A DNA stretch of 64,000 nt from a virus (taxonomy: Duplodnaviria; Caudoviricetes): positions 32,001 to 96,000 of IMG/VR virus record IMGVR_UViG_3300036783_000180. One strand, written 5' to 3'. Below, piece after piece: positions 10,136 through 19,459 of this stretch. Numbering within the stretch: the first letter of the stretch is position 1; the number at the start of each line of letters is the position of its first letter. The notes beneath the pieces are model-generated. The model saw nothing but the letters and a program-made list of their open reading frames with translations, was not told where the DNA came from and did no database searches. Made by a program: the position numbers and the translations under genes.

Positions 10136-10183
10136 AACCTCCTTTTCATGATTATATTTTCATTCTATCATAAAAAGGAGGTT
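10136..10183 (-). promoter_or_regulatory. holin SD-occluding hairpin containing extended -10 TGATAGAAT
   Basis: 16-bp arms 10168-83 and 10136-51; SD AAAGGAGG in 3' arm; -10 element at 10162-70. Confidence 0.75.
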
Positions 10184-10188
10184 GTGAA

Positions 10189-11070
10189 TTATTCTTTTTC
10201 TGTATGGATACCCGCTTGATCATTTACAGAAATATCAAACATCGTTCCGTCATTAGCTTGCATTTTAAACGATTCTTTTCCTGCTTCAGAAGTTCGCTCT
10301 GTTGTAATCGCCCCTTCGTCACTAACACCAAGATAATAGTTACCAACAGGAGAAGCAAGAACTCTTCTTCTCATATCTATACCCGAAGTATCTTCGATTT
10401 GACTTGTGACAATCTCACCTTTGTTATTGATTTCTACCAAGTAAGAAATGTCACTCGGTGATACAGCACCCCATGATTTCTGACTTACTACAGTTGACCA
10501 AAGAGCTCCATCTTCATCTACTGTAACTTCAAATGATAGAGTTTCATCACCAGCAGCTTTTAACACCCAAGGTCCGGTTTCAGATTGATATGTTTGGTCA
10601 GTCCAAATCCGTCCGTCATCATCAACTGATAACCCAAAGCGTTTTTGCTTCGGCGTCTTTAAAATGACAGTAAATGTAGAAGGTTCGAAACTAGTTGCAG
10701 AAGTACTTAAAACGCCGTTTTGGTCTATAAAAATTTCATAATTAATACCACTTGGAGAGCGTAAAATAAGTTTATCTTCGTAACTTTGTACAGCTCCGAT
10801 ATCTTCAGTTGTGACTTGTCCTCGGTCTGTAACACTTAACTCAAAGATTGTTCCGTTTTGAGAAATCAGAACAGGTTTACCATTTTGCATTCCACTCGGA
10901 TCTCGGAATTTACCATCAATATAAATTCGAGTTTGTGTTGTAGCAGGAGAATACCAGAACACTCCATCAGATACACCTTCGATTGGTTCGGTATTTGTTT
11001 TTATGATACGAACTCGACTGTTACTACCCAAGCCATGACTTCGTAGGATATCTTCAATACTAAAAGACAT
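10189..11070 (-). CDS. repeat-containing tail/baseplate fibre-like protein
   Basis: about 8 repeats of L-x-SP-x-G-xx-[FY]-x-[IL]-x-V-x-D-x-G-x-[LI]-x-T. Confidence 0.6.
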   Translation of the reverse strand: MSFSIEDILRSHGLGSNSRVRIIKTNTEPIEGVSDGVFWYSPATTQTRIYIDGKFRDPSGMQNGKPVLISQNGTIFELSVTDRGQVTTEDIGAVQSYEDKLILRSPSGINYEIFIDQNGVLSTSATSFEPSTFTVILKTPKQKRFGLSVDDDGRIWTDQTYQSETGPWVLKAAGDETLSFEVTVDEDGALWSTVVSQKSWGAVSPSDISYLVEINNKGEIVTSQIEDTSGIDMRRRVLASPVGNYYLGVSDEGAITTERTSEAGKESFKMQANDGTMFDISVNDQAGIHTEKE

Positions 11071-11072
11071 TT

Positions 11073-11786
11073 TTATTCAACTCCTTCCTGTTTGATACCT
11101 GCCGCTTTTTCTAATGCATCTACTTTTTCTTGTAATGTATTTACGATGTCCACTAAACTTTTCACCGTTTGTTTATCGGTAGCTGTCATAAAACCTGCTT
11201 TAGTAACAGTCGCGAATGCAGATCGGTGAACAGAACCACTCATTCTTATGTCACCCGCAAAATTTATGGTACCGTCAACTTCCAAGTTTCCACCAATACG
11301 TGTGTCACCAAGAACGCGTAATTCTTTCAGTCCATGTTGTTTAGGCTCCAGATGTTCGTCTAATAACATTCGGTTATTAGGAGGCACAACCACATATCCT
11401 AGTAAAGTGTGAGTTTCTTTTGGTTTCTCTACAGGTAATTCTTCTCTTTCAGCATTACCTGTTATAGAGATATAATCCACTACATCCGTACCGTGTATAT
11501 GAACTGCATATATCGCATCAATTCTATTATTGGTTGCATGATCATTAGGGTAGATATAGATAACCTCTTTCTTATCTTCATCTTCTATCGACACTCCTGT
11601 ATGCGTTATTAACAGGTTTTTTTCGTCTGTACCTTTTAGTAAACTGACATAACCACTCTTGTCAGTAAGTCCAAAACGATAACCTTTCATAATAGAACCA
11701 CCAAAGAAATCAGCAAAACGTTCGTTAAAATCTCGCGCTCGTAAGTCAGCTTTATAAGGGAAACTTACTTTTGCGGTTTGCATCAT
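11073..11786 (-). CDS. baseplate/short fibre protein (paralog of 11783..12619)
   Basis: RIDAIY...LLGYV motif shared with neighbour; beta-repeat C-terminus. Confidence 0.6.
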   Translation of the reverse strand: MMQTAKVSFPYKADLRARDFNERFADFFGGSIMKGYRFGLTDKSGYVSLLKGTDEKNLLITHTGVSIEDEDKKEVIYIYPNDHATNNRIDAIYAVHIHGTDVVDYISITGNAEREELPVEKPKETHTLLGYVVVPPNNRMLLDEHLEPKQHGLKELRVLGDTRIGGNLEVDGTINFAGDIRMSGSVHRSAFATVTKAGFMTATDKQTVKSLVDIVNTLQEKVDALEKAAGIKQEGVE

Positions 11787-12619
11787 ACCTCATCACCATC
11801 TTCTAAGTTGGAAAGCATTTTAGAGAAGACATTTCCGAACTCATCATATAGAAGTTGCCATTTGATATGCGTTTTAACTCGTTTACCTGTCGGATCATAA
11901 TACTTCGCTGATACGAATTGGTAACGTTTTTCTCCACCTACTGTATATTCAGGATTCAATAAACTTGTTTCGATATAAATAATGTTATCCGGAGTTGTGT
12001 ATGTGACATTTGTATAGACACCGATATCTTTATCGTAATCAGAACCGATGATATTTAATTTACCATCCATTGTACCACCCTGGAATGAAACCATTTCATT
12101 GAATACAACCGGGCCGTTAAATGTAGCAGAACCGTTAAACTGAGCATGACCAGCAACATTTAATTTACTGAATCCATAAGGAGTTGATTTTATATCTTCT
12201 TCTAAAATATAATCGGCTCTAGGGCGGATTTTAACATGACCTAAAAGTAAATGCGTATTAGGATTAGGGTTAGGTGGCGCTACATGTGTACCTGTGACAA
12301 CCACATATCTCGCTTCAGAACGTTCCCCGAAAATGTATTCCATGTAAATTGCATCTACACGATCTTTCGTGTTCCCTTTATTTGACGTAAGGAATAAAAC
12401 ATCAATCAAATCCCCTGTCTCTGTAACTTTAGCCCCAGAAGGAGTCACAGCGGAACTCGTATTAAACTTATCTCGCACCAAGTGTAGCGATAGTTTTTGT
12501 GAGCCTTTCTTCACTCTAAACCCTCGAATAATAGAAGGTCCAGTTATATCTAAGTAACGTTGGTTAATAACGTCAGATTCAGCTTTCGCCCTATACCGGA
12601 TGTCAATGATTTGTGTCAT
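11783..12619 (-). CDS. baseplate/short fibre protein
   Basis: RVDAIY...LLGHV; FNGSATFNGPVVFN beta repeats. Confidence 0.6.
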   Translation of the reverse strand: MTQIIDIRYRAKAESDVINQRYLDITGPSIIRGFRVKKGSQKLSLHLVRDKFNTSSAVTPSGAKVTETGDLIDVLFLTSNKGNTKDRVDAIYMEYIFGERSEARYVVVTGTHVAPPNPNPNTHLLLGHVKIRPRADYILEEDIKSTPYGFSKLNVAGHAQFNGSATFNGPVVFNEMVSFQGGTMDGKLNIIGSDYDKDIGVYTNVTYTTPDNIIYIETSLLNPEYTVGGEKRYQFVSAKYYDPTGKRVKTHIKWQLLYDEFGNVFSKMLSNLEDGDEV

Positions 12620-12636
12620 TATCCTTCACCTCTCCC

Positions 12637-13251
12637 TTACATAACTTCTTTAACAGGGAATGGTTCCTCTGTCGCTTGATTAAAGTTGAAGCGCCAAATA
12701 ATTTCAATTCCAGTACCTTTATCAACAGTCAAACGAACTGTTGGGAATGTAATGCGCGCAAACATGATTTTCTTTTTAGTTTCATCTTCTTCGAACATCA
12801 TAGCTGCTTCATTTACATCATCATTGATTTCGTCACAAATTAATGTTTCGCGGTACTCTAGTTCAGTTCTAGATAACTTTTTAGGTACTGATAATACCTT
12901 GTCTTTTAGGAAGATACCGATATCAATATCATTATCTTGTACAGGAATCGCATCTAGTGGATCACCCTTAGGAAACTTTAATGCGCCACCTTGTCCGTAA
13001 CGGATATATTTCAAATGCATTTTTTTTGCGCCGCTTAAAATATCTAACAACCCTTCTCGTCCTTGCATAACGATTAAGTTATTCTTTTTGAAGTCATCGA
13101 TGTATTGCTTCTCTCCATCCACCATTTTAAATTGACGGATACATACCGAACCTACTGCTCGGAAGCTTTCTTTTTTAGCCACTAGGGAACCTGCTCTCGC
13201 TCCGTCACCCATACCTAAAACTTCATTTTTATTAAATTCCATTTTTTGCAC
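12637..13251 (-). CDS. baseplate wedge / fibre-attachment protein
   Basis: NLIVMQG..YGQG..NEAAM..MFARITFP pattern typical of myophage collar/wedge proteins; synteny. Confidence 0.6.
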   Translation of the reverse strand: MQKMEFNKNEVLGMGDGARAGSLVAKKESFRAVGSVCIRQFKMVDGEKQYIDDFKKNNLIVMQGREGLLDILSGAKKMHLKYIRYGQGGALKFPKGDPLDAIPVQDNDIDIGIFLKDKVLSVPKKLSRTELEYRETLICDEINDDVNEAAMMFEEDETKKKIMFARITFPTVRLTVDKGTGIEIIWRFNFNQATEEPFPVKEVM

Positions 13252-13284
13252 GCCCTTTCAATTTGTTATCTATTATCATGATAC

Positions 13285-13325
13285 ACTTTTATCGGTGTCT
13301 TTGCATTATAGACACCGATAAAAGT
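13285..13325 (-). terminator. 16-bp inverted repeat (terminator or processing site)
   Basis: ACTTTTATCGGTGTCT-9nt-AGACACCGATAAAAGT between genes. Confidence 0.55.
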
Positions 13326-13329
13326 TAAA

Positions 13330-14916
13330 TCAGAATAACATTTCTAATGTTTTCATACTATTAAAGGAACCATTAACTGTAGCTCGTAGTCTAACACCTA
13401 TTATATCATTAGGTATATCTTTTACGACTCCTTCAGAGCGTTCTTTTACTGAAATGTTTTGTATTTTACCGAGTAATACTTCTTCCTTTGTTTCAGTCCT
13501 AATGCCATACACTTCAATTTCTGTTGTACCGTCATTGTTAGAATCGAACGATATTTTGTAGTCGTTACCTGTTGCACGTTGTGCAGTAGCTTTTCTAGGG
13601 ATACGAGGAAATGCATGTTCAGTCACTTGTACAACTTCAGCAGGTTTGTCGATTTCTTGGTCAAATGTATAACCAGAGTCCATTTTGAAACCACCATCTG
13701 TATGAACAAATCGATTTCTATCATAGAAGAAGTTACGAGTGTAGTATCCATCTGTATCGTATTTATCTAAAAGAGAACTACCCATCCATAAATGTTCCGC
13801 CCGTCCAATAGTCACCTTACTGATTTTTGCGGTATCTAGATTACGAACTGTCTCCACTACAGGTATCACTTGTCTACCTTTCACACTAGTGCCGATTAAT
13901 AAAGGTTCACGAAGTGCCTTAATGAACGTAACTTTCCTCTTATCTTGGAATTTACCTCTTTCCAATACAGGGAGATGAATTATTTTTCCAGCTTTAAACA
14001 CTACAGGTATTGGATCATTCCGAACAATATCGAAGAATACATTATAATCTGTACCCGCTTGCTTTGCTTCGTCTAGTAAGAATAGCAACATATTTAATCG
14101 CATCTTATCTTTAATTAAATTTTCCGGAAGTGTAGCGATAAACTTAGAAGGAGATAGCCATAAATTATCGTAGTACTTTCTCTTAGCTGGAGACAACGAC
14201 TTAGAATACATATCTTGAATAGCGAAAGTTTCCCAACCGATTGCCTTACTAATACCTTCCGATATTTCTCTAATTGTTAGATTACTATTCAACGCATAAT
14301 CTAAGCCTTCCAAATAATCTCTATACTTATGTTTAGGGACTAAGGCACCTACTTGTACATCGTATTCAGTTCCCCAATTCTTCTCTAGCAAACGCTCGTC
14401 TATTTTAATATGCATAGCATGCAAATGAGTCCGAACTCGTTCATGCTGCATCATAAACTCAGGCATTAAGTATAGTCTATTATCTCGAATGAAATAATGT
14501 TCATATAACTTAAGTGGTTCTTTCGCTGTAAAAGTCGGTTTCAATACCATAGAAACGATTGTTGCGTTACGTAAATTCGGGTCATTGAACTCGAATGTTG
14601 TAAATCTACCTTGCCGATCTAACGTATTTACCACTTCTTCAAATTCTAACTCACGAAGCAAGAAAGCCTCGTGAGTTGAATAAACACAATCAGTAATTTC
14701 GATTTTTGCATATGGAAGAGTGTACAAAGTATGCGCAGTCGGCAAGTTAGTATTAGCCATCGTGTAGCGATATTCGTATTCTACATACTCTAGAATCTTC
14801 TTATAAATCCCTAACATTTCAGCCAATCTAGGATTCTCAGGCATGTATGTTTTATAGAAGGAAGACATTTGCCATAACGTATCGTCTACGTCGTATGGTT
14901 TCTTCATACTACTCAC
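13330..14916 (-). CDS. baseplate wedge subunit
   Basis: follows the J-like gene; AKQAGT resembles the KPAG motif of gpI/gp7-type wedges. Confidence 0.55.
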   Translation of the reverse strand: MSSMKKPYDVDDTLWQMSSFYKTYMPENPRLAEMLGIYKKILEYVEYEYRYTMANTNLPTAHTLYTLPYAKIEITDCVYSTHEAFLLRELEFEEVVNTLDRQGRFTTFEFNDPNLRNATIVSMVLKPTFTAKEPLKLYEHYFIRDNRLYLMPEFMMQHERVRTHLHAMHIKIDERLLEKNWGTEYDVQVGALVPKHKYRDYLEGLDYALNSNLTIREISEGISKAIGWETFAIQDMYSKSLSPAKRKYYDNLWLSPSKFIATLPENLIKDKMRLNMLLFLLDEAKQAGTDYNVFFDIVRNDPIPVVFKAGKIIHLPVLERGKFQDKRKVTFIKALREPLLIGTSVKGRQVIPVVETVRNLDTAKISKVTIGRAEHLWMGSSLLDKYDTDGYYTRNFFYDRNRFVHTDGGFKMDSGYTFDQEIDKPAEVVQVTEHAFPRIPRKATAQRATGNDYKISFDSNNDGTTEIEVYGIRTETKEEVLLGKIQNISVKERSEGVVKDIPNDIIGVRLRATVNGSFNSMKTLEMLF

Positions 14917-14922
14917 CTCTTG

Positions 14923-17004
14923 TTATAGTTTTAAATCAATTTCTTTGTTGTTGTTTGTATACTTACGTAAGAAATCGATTAAGAAATTCATCGAAATGTC
15001 TTCCGTTTTTAATGCCGAAACAAATGTAACGACAGCTGCAAACACAGAGAAATCAATCCACTTTTTGCCTTTATAATCAAGGTCTATATTTGTGATGATT
15101 TCTCCATTTTCATCACGATCAGCTGGGCCATTTACAATGTTTTGTCCTGTCCATAACATCTGTTGCACTTCATCTTTGCTATATTGCTTATACTCGTATA
15201 CATTTAAATTGGAAAGTTCGAAGAACTCATTTTCTTGTACAGTTGTTACCGTAGGAGAAAGCATTTTAGCAACTAAGGCATTCGCAATATAACCTCTAGC
15301 CTTACGGATATGATTAACTGGAATACTCTCATCCGTAACTTCTTTTGCGGCTTCCTTTTCAAGAATAGCGAATATATCTTCTACGTTTTGTTGATAAGTG
15401 AAAGCATGCATAATATCGAAAAAGTCATACGTTGTCACGCGGTCTTTATAACGATCAATGATCGCTTTCAAAGGTTTACTTAGCGAACATACAGATTGAA
15501 TAACAAATCGTCTTTTCTCATCCAATGAATGATACAAGTATCTATTGTCGTTTTCTAACAATAGAAATTGCGGCGGTAAATCGATATAATCTACAAGTTG
15601 CTCTGATTCATCGACACCTATATTAACCGTATCTACAAACGGAGCTAATACATCACTGTACTGTAATTCATCACCCATACGAATTGAATTTACCGCATCG
15701 TAACCTTGTCTAAACATTGTATTTCTTTCTTTATCTCGAATACCAGAGCCAGCTTTCAATCGAACTGTCATTGAGAAATGTAAAAACTTTTTATTCGCTT
15801 CCTTGATTTTAACATCTTCAGCTGGTGGTCTTTCATCGTATTGATTCATGTGATCATCAATAATTTTAATCAATGCATTCTTTCTATATCTAATTTGCAC
15901 GAGTGAACCATTTTGTAATTCATCATGCTCCATTATGACAACAGATTTTTCTTGCAATGTACCCATTGTTTCAAAGCTTTCGTCTTTTTCTAAATGGAAG
16001 TCGCGGATGAATAATTTACTTTGATTCACATCAGGGTCATCATTTGAACCGAACGGATCATACAATTTCACACTGATAATATCCCAAACAGGTTTCTCGG
16101 TTAATGTAGCTTCATAGTGATTTCGTTTTGGGTTGAACTTTACTTCTACATTTTCCTCGTATTCTTCGAGTTGTTTACCGCGAATATACAAGTCAACTTT
16201 CTGTCCCCAATGTACGTCACGTATCGTTTGAATGAATGGACCATCAGGTTTATACTGACCGATAATATCTCGTTTCATAAGAGGATGGCCGTAACCTACA
16301 ACACGAACTTCTTCTACATTCTCGAAGCTTTTTAGGTAACGTTCGTACCCACGAGTGTTACCTAAGTTCGGCGCTGCAACACTTTCTTTTACGCGGATAG
16401 CTAATTCTTCGTTCGTTTCCTTATCTTTTCCTCCAGCAAATCTCGCTTCGTTCTTTACTTCATCTAAGAACGGAAGGTCTGTACCTGTAGTGTTGATGTC
16501 ACCTTCTTCTGCATTGTATTCTTTACCAGGTGCTTCAGCTATTGCAAGTACAACGATTTTATAACGGAATGTATCAGGTTCATACATATCAACCAATTGG
16601 TCTTCAGTGTACATTCTCGTTACATCAGTTACGTATGTTAAACCTTGTTTAGAACGAACTTCCGTTCTTTCAGGAATTGTTACAACGCCACTCTTAGGAA
16701 TGTCATTGAAATAAAACGCAACGAAGCCTTTAGCTTTTTCACCAAGATTTCGATACACAGTTTTTCTAGCAGCGAGTTCATCCATTTCTTCTTCTGTCAT
16801 GACATCAGCGTTATCCAAACTTTGTGTCAACTTCACTCTGTCTGCATAGTCGATAAGTGGTACCATCATCTTTACATGTGGCATACCTATCATTTCCATA
16901 AACGGACCATTATCTCTTGTGTCTACATTAGGAAATGCGGCTTTCGTAAGTTCTTTTACATAATTTATCAGCATTTCTTCTTTGTCAGATAAACGGTTTA
17001 CCAT
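14923..17004 (-). CDS. baseplate J-like wedge protein
   Basis: IPERTEV, AEAPGKEYN, FAGGKDKETNEEL motifs. Confidence 0.85.
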   Translation of the reverse strand: MVNRLSDKEEMLINYVKELTKAAFPNVDTRDNGPFMEMIGMPHVKMMVPLIDYADRVKLTQSLDNADVMTEEEMDELAARKTVYRNLGEKAKGFVAFYFNDIPKSGVVTIPERTEVRSKQGLTYVTDVTRMYTEDQLVDMYEPDTFRYKIVVLAIAEAPGKEYNAEEGDINTTGTDLPFLDEVKNEARFAGGKDKETNEELAIRVKESVAAPNLGNTRGYERYLKSFENVEEVRVVGYGHPLMKRDIIGQYKPDGPFIQTIRDVHWGQKVDLYIRGKQLEEYEENVEVKFNPKRNHYEATLTEKPVWDIISVKLYDPFGSNDDPDVNQSKLFIRDFHLEKDESFETMGTLQEKSVVIMEHDELQNGSLVQIRYRKNALIKIIDDHMNQYDERPPAEDVKIKEANKKFLHFSMTVRLKAGSGIRDKERNTMFRQGYDAVNSIRMGDELQYSDVLAPFVDTVNIGVDESEQLVDYIDLPPQFLLLENDNRYLYHSLDEKRRFVIQSVCSLSKPLKAIIDRYKDRVTTYDFFDIMHAFTYQQNVEDIFAILEKEAAKEVTDESIPVNHIRKARGYIANALVAKMLSPTVTTVQENEFFELSNLNVYEYKQYSKDEVQQMLWTGQNIVNGPADRDENGEIITNIDLDYKGKKWIDFSVFAAVVTFVSALKTEDISMNFLIDFLRKYTNNNKEIDLKL

Positions 17005-17017
17005 ATTATCCCTCCTT

Positions 17018-17887
17018 CTAGAATCCTAATCTAAAGTTACCTGTTGTAGCTTGTGTTGTAATTAATAACTCAATTACAATCATACGAGGATTAGCTTGTG
17101 GTTTGTATACATTTTTCACTCGTAATGAAACGAAAGTTTCATCTTCGGAAAGTGTATCCCTGTAGTCCAATTGTTCTTCTAAATACTTATCTTCTACCTC
17201 TGAAACAATCAGTCGAATGTTATCAAATAAATCATCATCCGTTTTAGATTGATGCATAATCGTAGCATGAAGTGTAGTTCCGTATTCATTATCCAATTGG
17301 CTAGTACCTAACTTAGTTAATAAGTCTTTTACGACTTTTTGAAGCACTAAGTGTACACCTTCAGCTTGACTAAAATCTCCGTTTTCATCTAGCAAATCAA
17401 TAAACCAATTTCTACCTCCACAACGTGGACACATATCTGATTTGTAGTATTCTTTGTTATTACTAGTATAAAACACTTTCATTTTAACATAGTACTTTTT
17501 AGGAGGTTTTACATTCCATTTTATACGGTTATGTAAAAATCTCTCATAAAACTTAGAAGGAAGTGGCGCCGATCTATCTTTCCCTTCCGTAAAGTACTTA
17601 CGGAAATCGACTAAGAATTCATCGTCACCATCATAAAATCCATCCGTTGGGTCAGGGTCATCATATGTTTGTCTTTCAGAAGTCATATCGTATTCGAAAT
17701 CTTCGTAGTCATCTATCGTATCGAAATCGATAGCTCTGACCTCCAGAATCTCTAGCACCTTCGCCTTCTCTATCAAAATATCCCTTTGCGTACCATTATT
17801 AGTAATGATAACTTCCTTCAAAAATCCCTCTCTATCGTCATTCAACATTAAATGACTACAAAAATGAAGATGCTTTGGCACTTTCAA
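17018..17887 (-). CDS. gp25/GPW-like baseplate protein
   Basis: C-terminal GDFSQAEG..LQKVVKDLLT.LG...EYGT; upstream of J-like gene. Confidence 0.7.
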   Translation of the reverse strand: MKVPKHLHFCSHLMLNDDREGFLKEVIITNNGTQRDILIEKAKVLEILEVRAIDFDTIDDYEDFEYDMTSERQTYDDPDPTDGFYDGDDEFLVDFRKYFTEGKDRSAPLPSKFYERFLHNRIKWNVKPPKKYYVKMKVFYTSNNKEYYKSDMCPRCGGRNWFIDLLDENGDFSQAEGVHLVLQKVVKDLLTKLGTSQLDNEYGTTLHATIMHQSKTDDDLFDNIRLIVSEVEDKYLEEQLDYRDTLSEDETFVSLRVKNVYKPQANPRMIVIELLITTQATTGNFRLGF

Positions 17888-18439
17888 TTATTCCACCGCC
17901 TGTCTCACGAATTTACCGTACACACTATCTAATTGGTCTTGGGATAACGTTTCTAAATTTATTTTATTTCCTTTGATAAACTTATACACATTCTCACAAA
18001 CATCAAGACCACGTAGTTCACTATCTATTTTATCAATTTCCCGAATAACGGACATTAAAATTTTAGCCGAACGAGTCTGTCTTAATTTGTTCTCGTTGAT
18101 AGATTTTCTAAGCATATCTATTCTTTGGTTGCATTCCGTTATTCTTCCAATTGTAAGTTTCTTAGATTGCGTGTAAATACTGCTCTTTTGTTGTTCGATT
18201 AATCGTTTCTGCAATTTAGGTATTTCCAAACCATTAATATCACCAATTTGGTTTTCATACCTCTTGTTAGCGGTTTGAACGTTAGCGTATACATTTTCCA
18301 GTTCCATTCTGTACTTCTTTTGCTCTATTTCTAACTCTTTCCTTTGTTCCTTCATCATATCTCTACTCGACATTAAATCTTCAAATGTGTACCTTTGAAG
18401 GACAATGATGGCTTCTGTAAATAAGGCTCTCGTTATCAT
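17888..18439 (-). CDS. coiled-coil hypothetical protein
   Basis: coupled ORF within baseplate cluster. Confidence 0.6.
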   Translation of the reverse strand: MITRALFTEAIIVLQRYTFEDLMSSRDMMKEQRKELEIEQKKYRMELENVYANVQTANKRYENQIGDINGLEIPKLQKRLIEQQKSSIYTQSKKLTIGRITECNQRIDMLRKSINENKLRQTRSAKILMSVIREIDKIDSELRGLDVCENVYKFIKGNKINLETLSQDQLDSVYGKFVRQAVE

Positions 18440-19443
18440 TTGCTATCACCCTTTTTCAAAGTATCAACTTCGTTTTTTAATGCTTCGATTTGTCCAATCA
18501 GTTGAGAGAAAGACGTTTTCTTATCTCCGATTTTAATAACTACATCTTCACTACCAATCATAAATGACGTTTCGCCAACCTCGTATTTTAACGCACCCTG
18601 CTTTGACACAGTTAGTCTTGTTTGATTTCCTTTGTGTTTGAACTCTGATTTTAACAACAACTCGCTACCGTCGTCAGAAGACTTTTCTTTGTTATCTTTG
18701 TCATCAAATACATTCAAAGCTTGTATAGTTAGTTCGTCCGAACCTTCCTCTATCGAAATACCAGTGTGATTATTAGTTAAAATAGCTTGAGCCAAGTCTC
18801 TATCATCTAAGGTTGTTACAACTTGAGGGATAGAAGTCTTAGCCTCCAATCGGTAATTTTGTTCATTCGTTTTTGTTCCATCTTTCTTTATATACTCACC
18901 TAACTTACTTTTTAAACCGCCAACCTCTAAAGTTGTTTTATCAACCTGAATGTTAAATGATCCGTCCGATTCACTAAGTGTTAATCGATGTAACTTTTGT
19001 GTAGCTATTTCGATTTCACCCATGTTCTTAACAAATACGTACGCTCCACCTAGGGAGCGTAGCATAATTTCTCCTAATTGGATGTTGGATATATCGAACA
19101 TGCTATCAAACTTAGAAGGGGAAGCATTTTGTTTCATTGCACCATCTTTAACTTCAACATCAGGTAACATGTATTGAGCAGGTAAAACATAAGGTATTCT
19201 ATCCGCTCCCCAAAAAGCTAAAGCCGTAGTGTTCGGTGGCGGTGGACTTATGATTCCAGAATTTAAAAACAAAGCAGGGAAGAGTACTATTACATCTTCC
19301 CTTTTTTGCTTCGAATTGAGGAATTGCACAGTCCCAACCATTCTACTCATATCAAATTCTAAAATCTTACATGGCTCGAAAATAGAATCTTTATTTCCAT
19401 TTACGATGCTCATCAATCTTTCGTAGTACTCATTGTTTTCCAT
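18436..19443 (-). CDS. baseplate central spike (gpV/gp5-like)
   Basis: N-terminal OB-like region with GIISPPP, beta-strand-rich C-terminus; synteny after hub genes. Confidence 0.6.
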   Translation of the reverse strand: MENNEYYERLMSIVNGNKDSIFEPCKILEFDMSRMVGTVQFLNSKQKREDVIVLFPALFLNSGIISPPPPNTTALAFWGADRIPYVLPAQYMLPDVEVKDGAMKQNASPSKFDSMFDISNIQLGEIMLRSLGGAYVFVKNMGEIEIATQKLHRLTLSESDGSFNIQVDKTTLEVGGLKSKLGEYIKKDGTKTNEQNYRLEAKTSIPQVVTTLDDRDLAQAILTNNHTGISIEEGSDELTIQALNVFDDKDNKEKSSDDGSELLLKSEFKHKGNQTRLTVSKQGALKYEVGETSFMIGSEDVVIKIGDKKTSFSQLIGQIEALKNEVDTLKKGDSK

Positions 19444-19459
19444 GCACTTCTCTCCTTTC

